This document shows, in pieces, positions 29,301-30,044 of a stretch of DNA of 30,044 nucleotides. Position numbers and translations under genes: made by a program. The notes beneath the pieces were generated by a model. It was given only the letters and a program-made list of their open reading frames with translations, did no database searches and was not told where the DNA came from. This DNA comes from Deltaproteobacteria bacterium (GTDB lineage: Bacteria > Desulfobacterota > Dissulfuribacteria > Dissulfuribacterales > UBA3076): the NCBI GenBank assembly GCA_027004315.1, contig JALTHV010000134.1, positions 1 through 30,044 of the forward strand, written 5' to 3'. Each line of letters opens with the position of its first letter. The first letter of the stretch is position 1.

Positions 29301-29873
29301 GCCGAAAAAGTCTATCCGTACCGGGAGAGAAGTCATCGGCGGGAAGATGTCAAGCAGACTGCCCCTTACACAGAATTCTCCCCTGGACTGGACTACACTG
29401 GAGTGCTCATAGCCGGATTCAATAAGCCACTTGAGCAGTCCCTCGCGATCTACTTCCTCTCCCACCTGGAGATACTCTACATGGCCCAGGAGCGTCTTGG
29501 GCGGGAGCGTGAGCTCGGTAAGGGCCTGGACCGGGGCTACTGCCACGGCAGGTCCTCCTTCAGTGGCAAGACGGTAGAGGACCGATACCTTCTGACATGT
29601 TGTCTCACTTGAAGGAAGTAGGGGCACAAAGGGAAGCGAGTCACGACATGGATATAGCAAGACAGGCAGATCTGAGAAGAATGAAAGGTCTGTTATTACC
29701 CTCTCTGCATCCTTTTGCTGGGGCGTTATCCAGAGTATAGGCCGGTCAATAGACCTGAGGAGTCTCGAAATCATCCAGGCCGATGAAGTGCCTAAGAGAC
29801 CGTTTATGGCCAGGATACCCCCTGGACCTGCGAGAGACTCTTTGAGTTTTAAAAGTACCTGTTCAGTATTCAT
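26316..29873 (-). CDS. mfd: Transcription-repair coupling factor
   Basis: 1185 aa; UvrB-like N terminus, CarD/TRCF RID (VVHRDHGVG), CGDVGYGKTEVA, DEEHRFGV, QLRGRIGR, C-terminal TRCF domain. Confidence 0.99.
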   Translation of the reverse strand: MNTEQVLLKLKESLAGPGGILAINGLLGTSSAWMISRLLRSIDRPILWITPQQKDAERVITDLSFFSDLPVLLYPCRDSLPFVPLLPSSETTCQKVSVLYRLATEGGPAVAVAPVQALTELTLPPKTLLGHVEYLQVGEEVDREGLLKWLIESGYEHSSVVQSRGEFCVRGSLLDIFPPMTSLPVRIDFFGDFVEEMRLFDPLTQRSTEDLNELVVLPAHEFILSQPLIEAAQERLIREAEKYDLSARRIHEILQQLEDKRLVEGQEALLPIFYPRPASLLDYIPQQAPLLLERPEEIEAALSNYWKEARQTYKSALEEHRVLAPLGSYLSDPEEVSGQICGHTCWLFRDVKPLTKRVSKGSPFDFPVPETQELEIKTGTPESPLVPGGVRRGRDLIGPTLDRVKGWIEAGDRVVLVVPGRRQGQRIIELLSYHEIIEAEVPISSAPLTNDPVATGLMICTGQISMGFLLPGEALIVLTEEELMGTQARRTKAHKRRRTAVESLTFEDLKPGQPVVHRDHGVGLYQGLVRIEAAGIPGEFLLLEYRDRDRLYLPVDRLGLIQKYVGIEGRAPRIDRLGSSSWQLTKQKVKKSIYKIAHELVELYASRKVSKGLAFSPPDTLFRQFEAAFPYEETRDQATSIEEILSDMQEPKPMDRLLCGDVGYGKTEVAMRASFKAVEDGKQVAILVPTTLLAEQHERTFRQRFQQFPVTVEAISRLKPRQKQKEVLAKVSQGQVDILIGTHRLLQPDVKFKDLGLLIVDEEHRFGVRHKERLKRLKQSVDCLTLTATPIPRTLQLSLLGIRDLSVINTPPRDRMPIKTFMAEFDDSLIKEAIEQEINRGGQVFFVHNRIKGIYRLAEYIQRVVPKARIEVIHGQMGPDELEEVMIRFVRGEVDCLVCTTIIESGLDIPSANTMIINRADRLGLADLYQLRGRIGRANEQAYAYLLAPRMSDLGKGPIKRLKAIMELSVSGGGFRLAMKDLQIRGAGNILGVSQSGSIAEVGYELYLDLLQRAIDEFKGLPKKEEIDPEVNLGIPVFIPEEYVPDVEQRLLLYRRMARLKDGQEDTDFLLELKDRFGPVPKEISSLLGVIGIKRSLRSLNVIRLDRTSSDKKGYIVLNFGPEGPSHPDRIIEAVQKDRRWRLLPDGRLIVPLIKSDRKDGNGLESVRQTLQVILKMATKNGCIP

Positions 29874-29946
29874 TTAAATTTTCAATAATTATAAACAATA
29901 AGATCGGTATTATCTATTTGACAACTGGAGGAAAAACATAAATGAT

Positions 29947-30035
29947 GTAATCGGTCAAGGGTGCTTCGTTCTCGCCTCCTGTCTTCTGAGGCCAAGACAA
30001 ATCGTTTTCAGGTGAAGCACCCTGTAATCGGATAC
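29947..30035. mobile_element. Eroded family B element with both ends (89 bp)
   Basis: AGGGTGCTTC (29958-29967) / GAAGCACCCT (30014-30023) perfect IR inside degenerate GTAA..GATAC ends; flanks TAAATGAT / TAAATGTA (6/8); internal CTCGCCTCCTGTCTTCTGAGG matches the A-insertion site at 26074. Confidence 0.72.
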
Positions 30036-30044
30036 TAAATGTAA

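Overview
A 30-kb chromosomal window from an anaerobic, Desulfobacterota-like bacterium (inferred from gene content and order). The coding backbone is mostly housekeeping: argS-SPOR-argA-secA-argJ-metal transporter-manC (+), a cation/H+ antiporter, ligA and rnr (-), an hdrA-flxDCBA electron-bifurcation operon (+), and carD-recO-rodZ-like-surA-mfd (-). The unusual biology is in the intergenic DNA. (1) Almost every sizeable spacer carries a member of three related, non-coding, GTAAC-ended MITE-like families. I call them A (GTAACCGTTCAC ends, internal 32-bp inverted repeat around a 49-bp core), B (GTAACCGATCACAGGGTGCTTC ends) and C (GTAACTTCTCAATAAGTT ends). Several have 8-bp target-site duplications. 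They nest inside each other, their stem arms co-vary, internal modules occur in both orientations, and a 34-bp minimal copy has replaced the stop codon of rnr. (2) Between manC and ligA lies a layered fossil: a compositionally foreign antiporter gene, an attC-like site, and the 5' part of a group IIC-attC-type intron inserted at TTGT with a matching EBS1 (ACAA), itself interrupted by a MITE. (3) The hdrA operon has an apparently duplicated promoter/operator block. No tRNA, rRNA, CRISPR array, transposase or integrase was seen. All family assignments are by eye and from memory; no searches were run.
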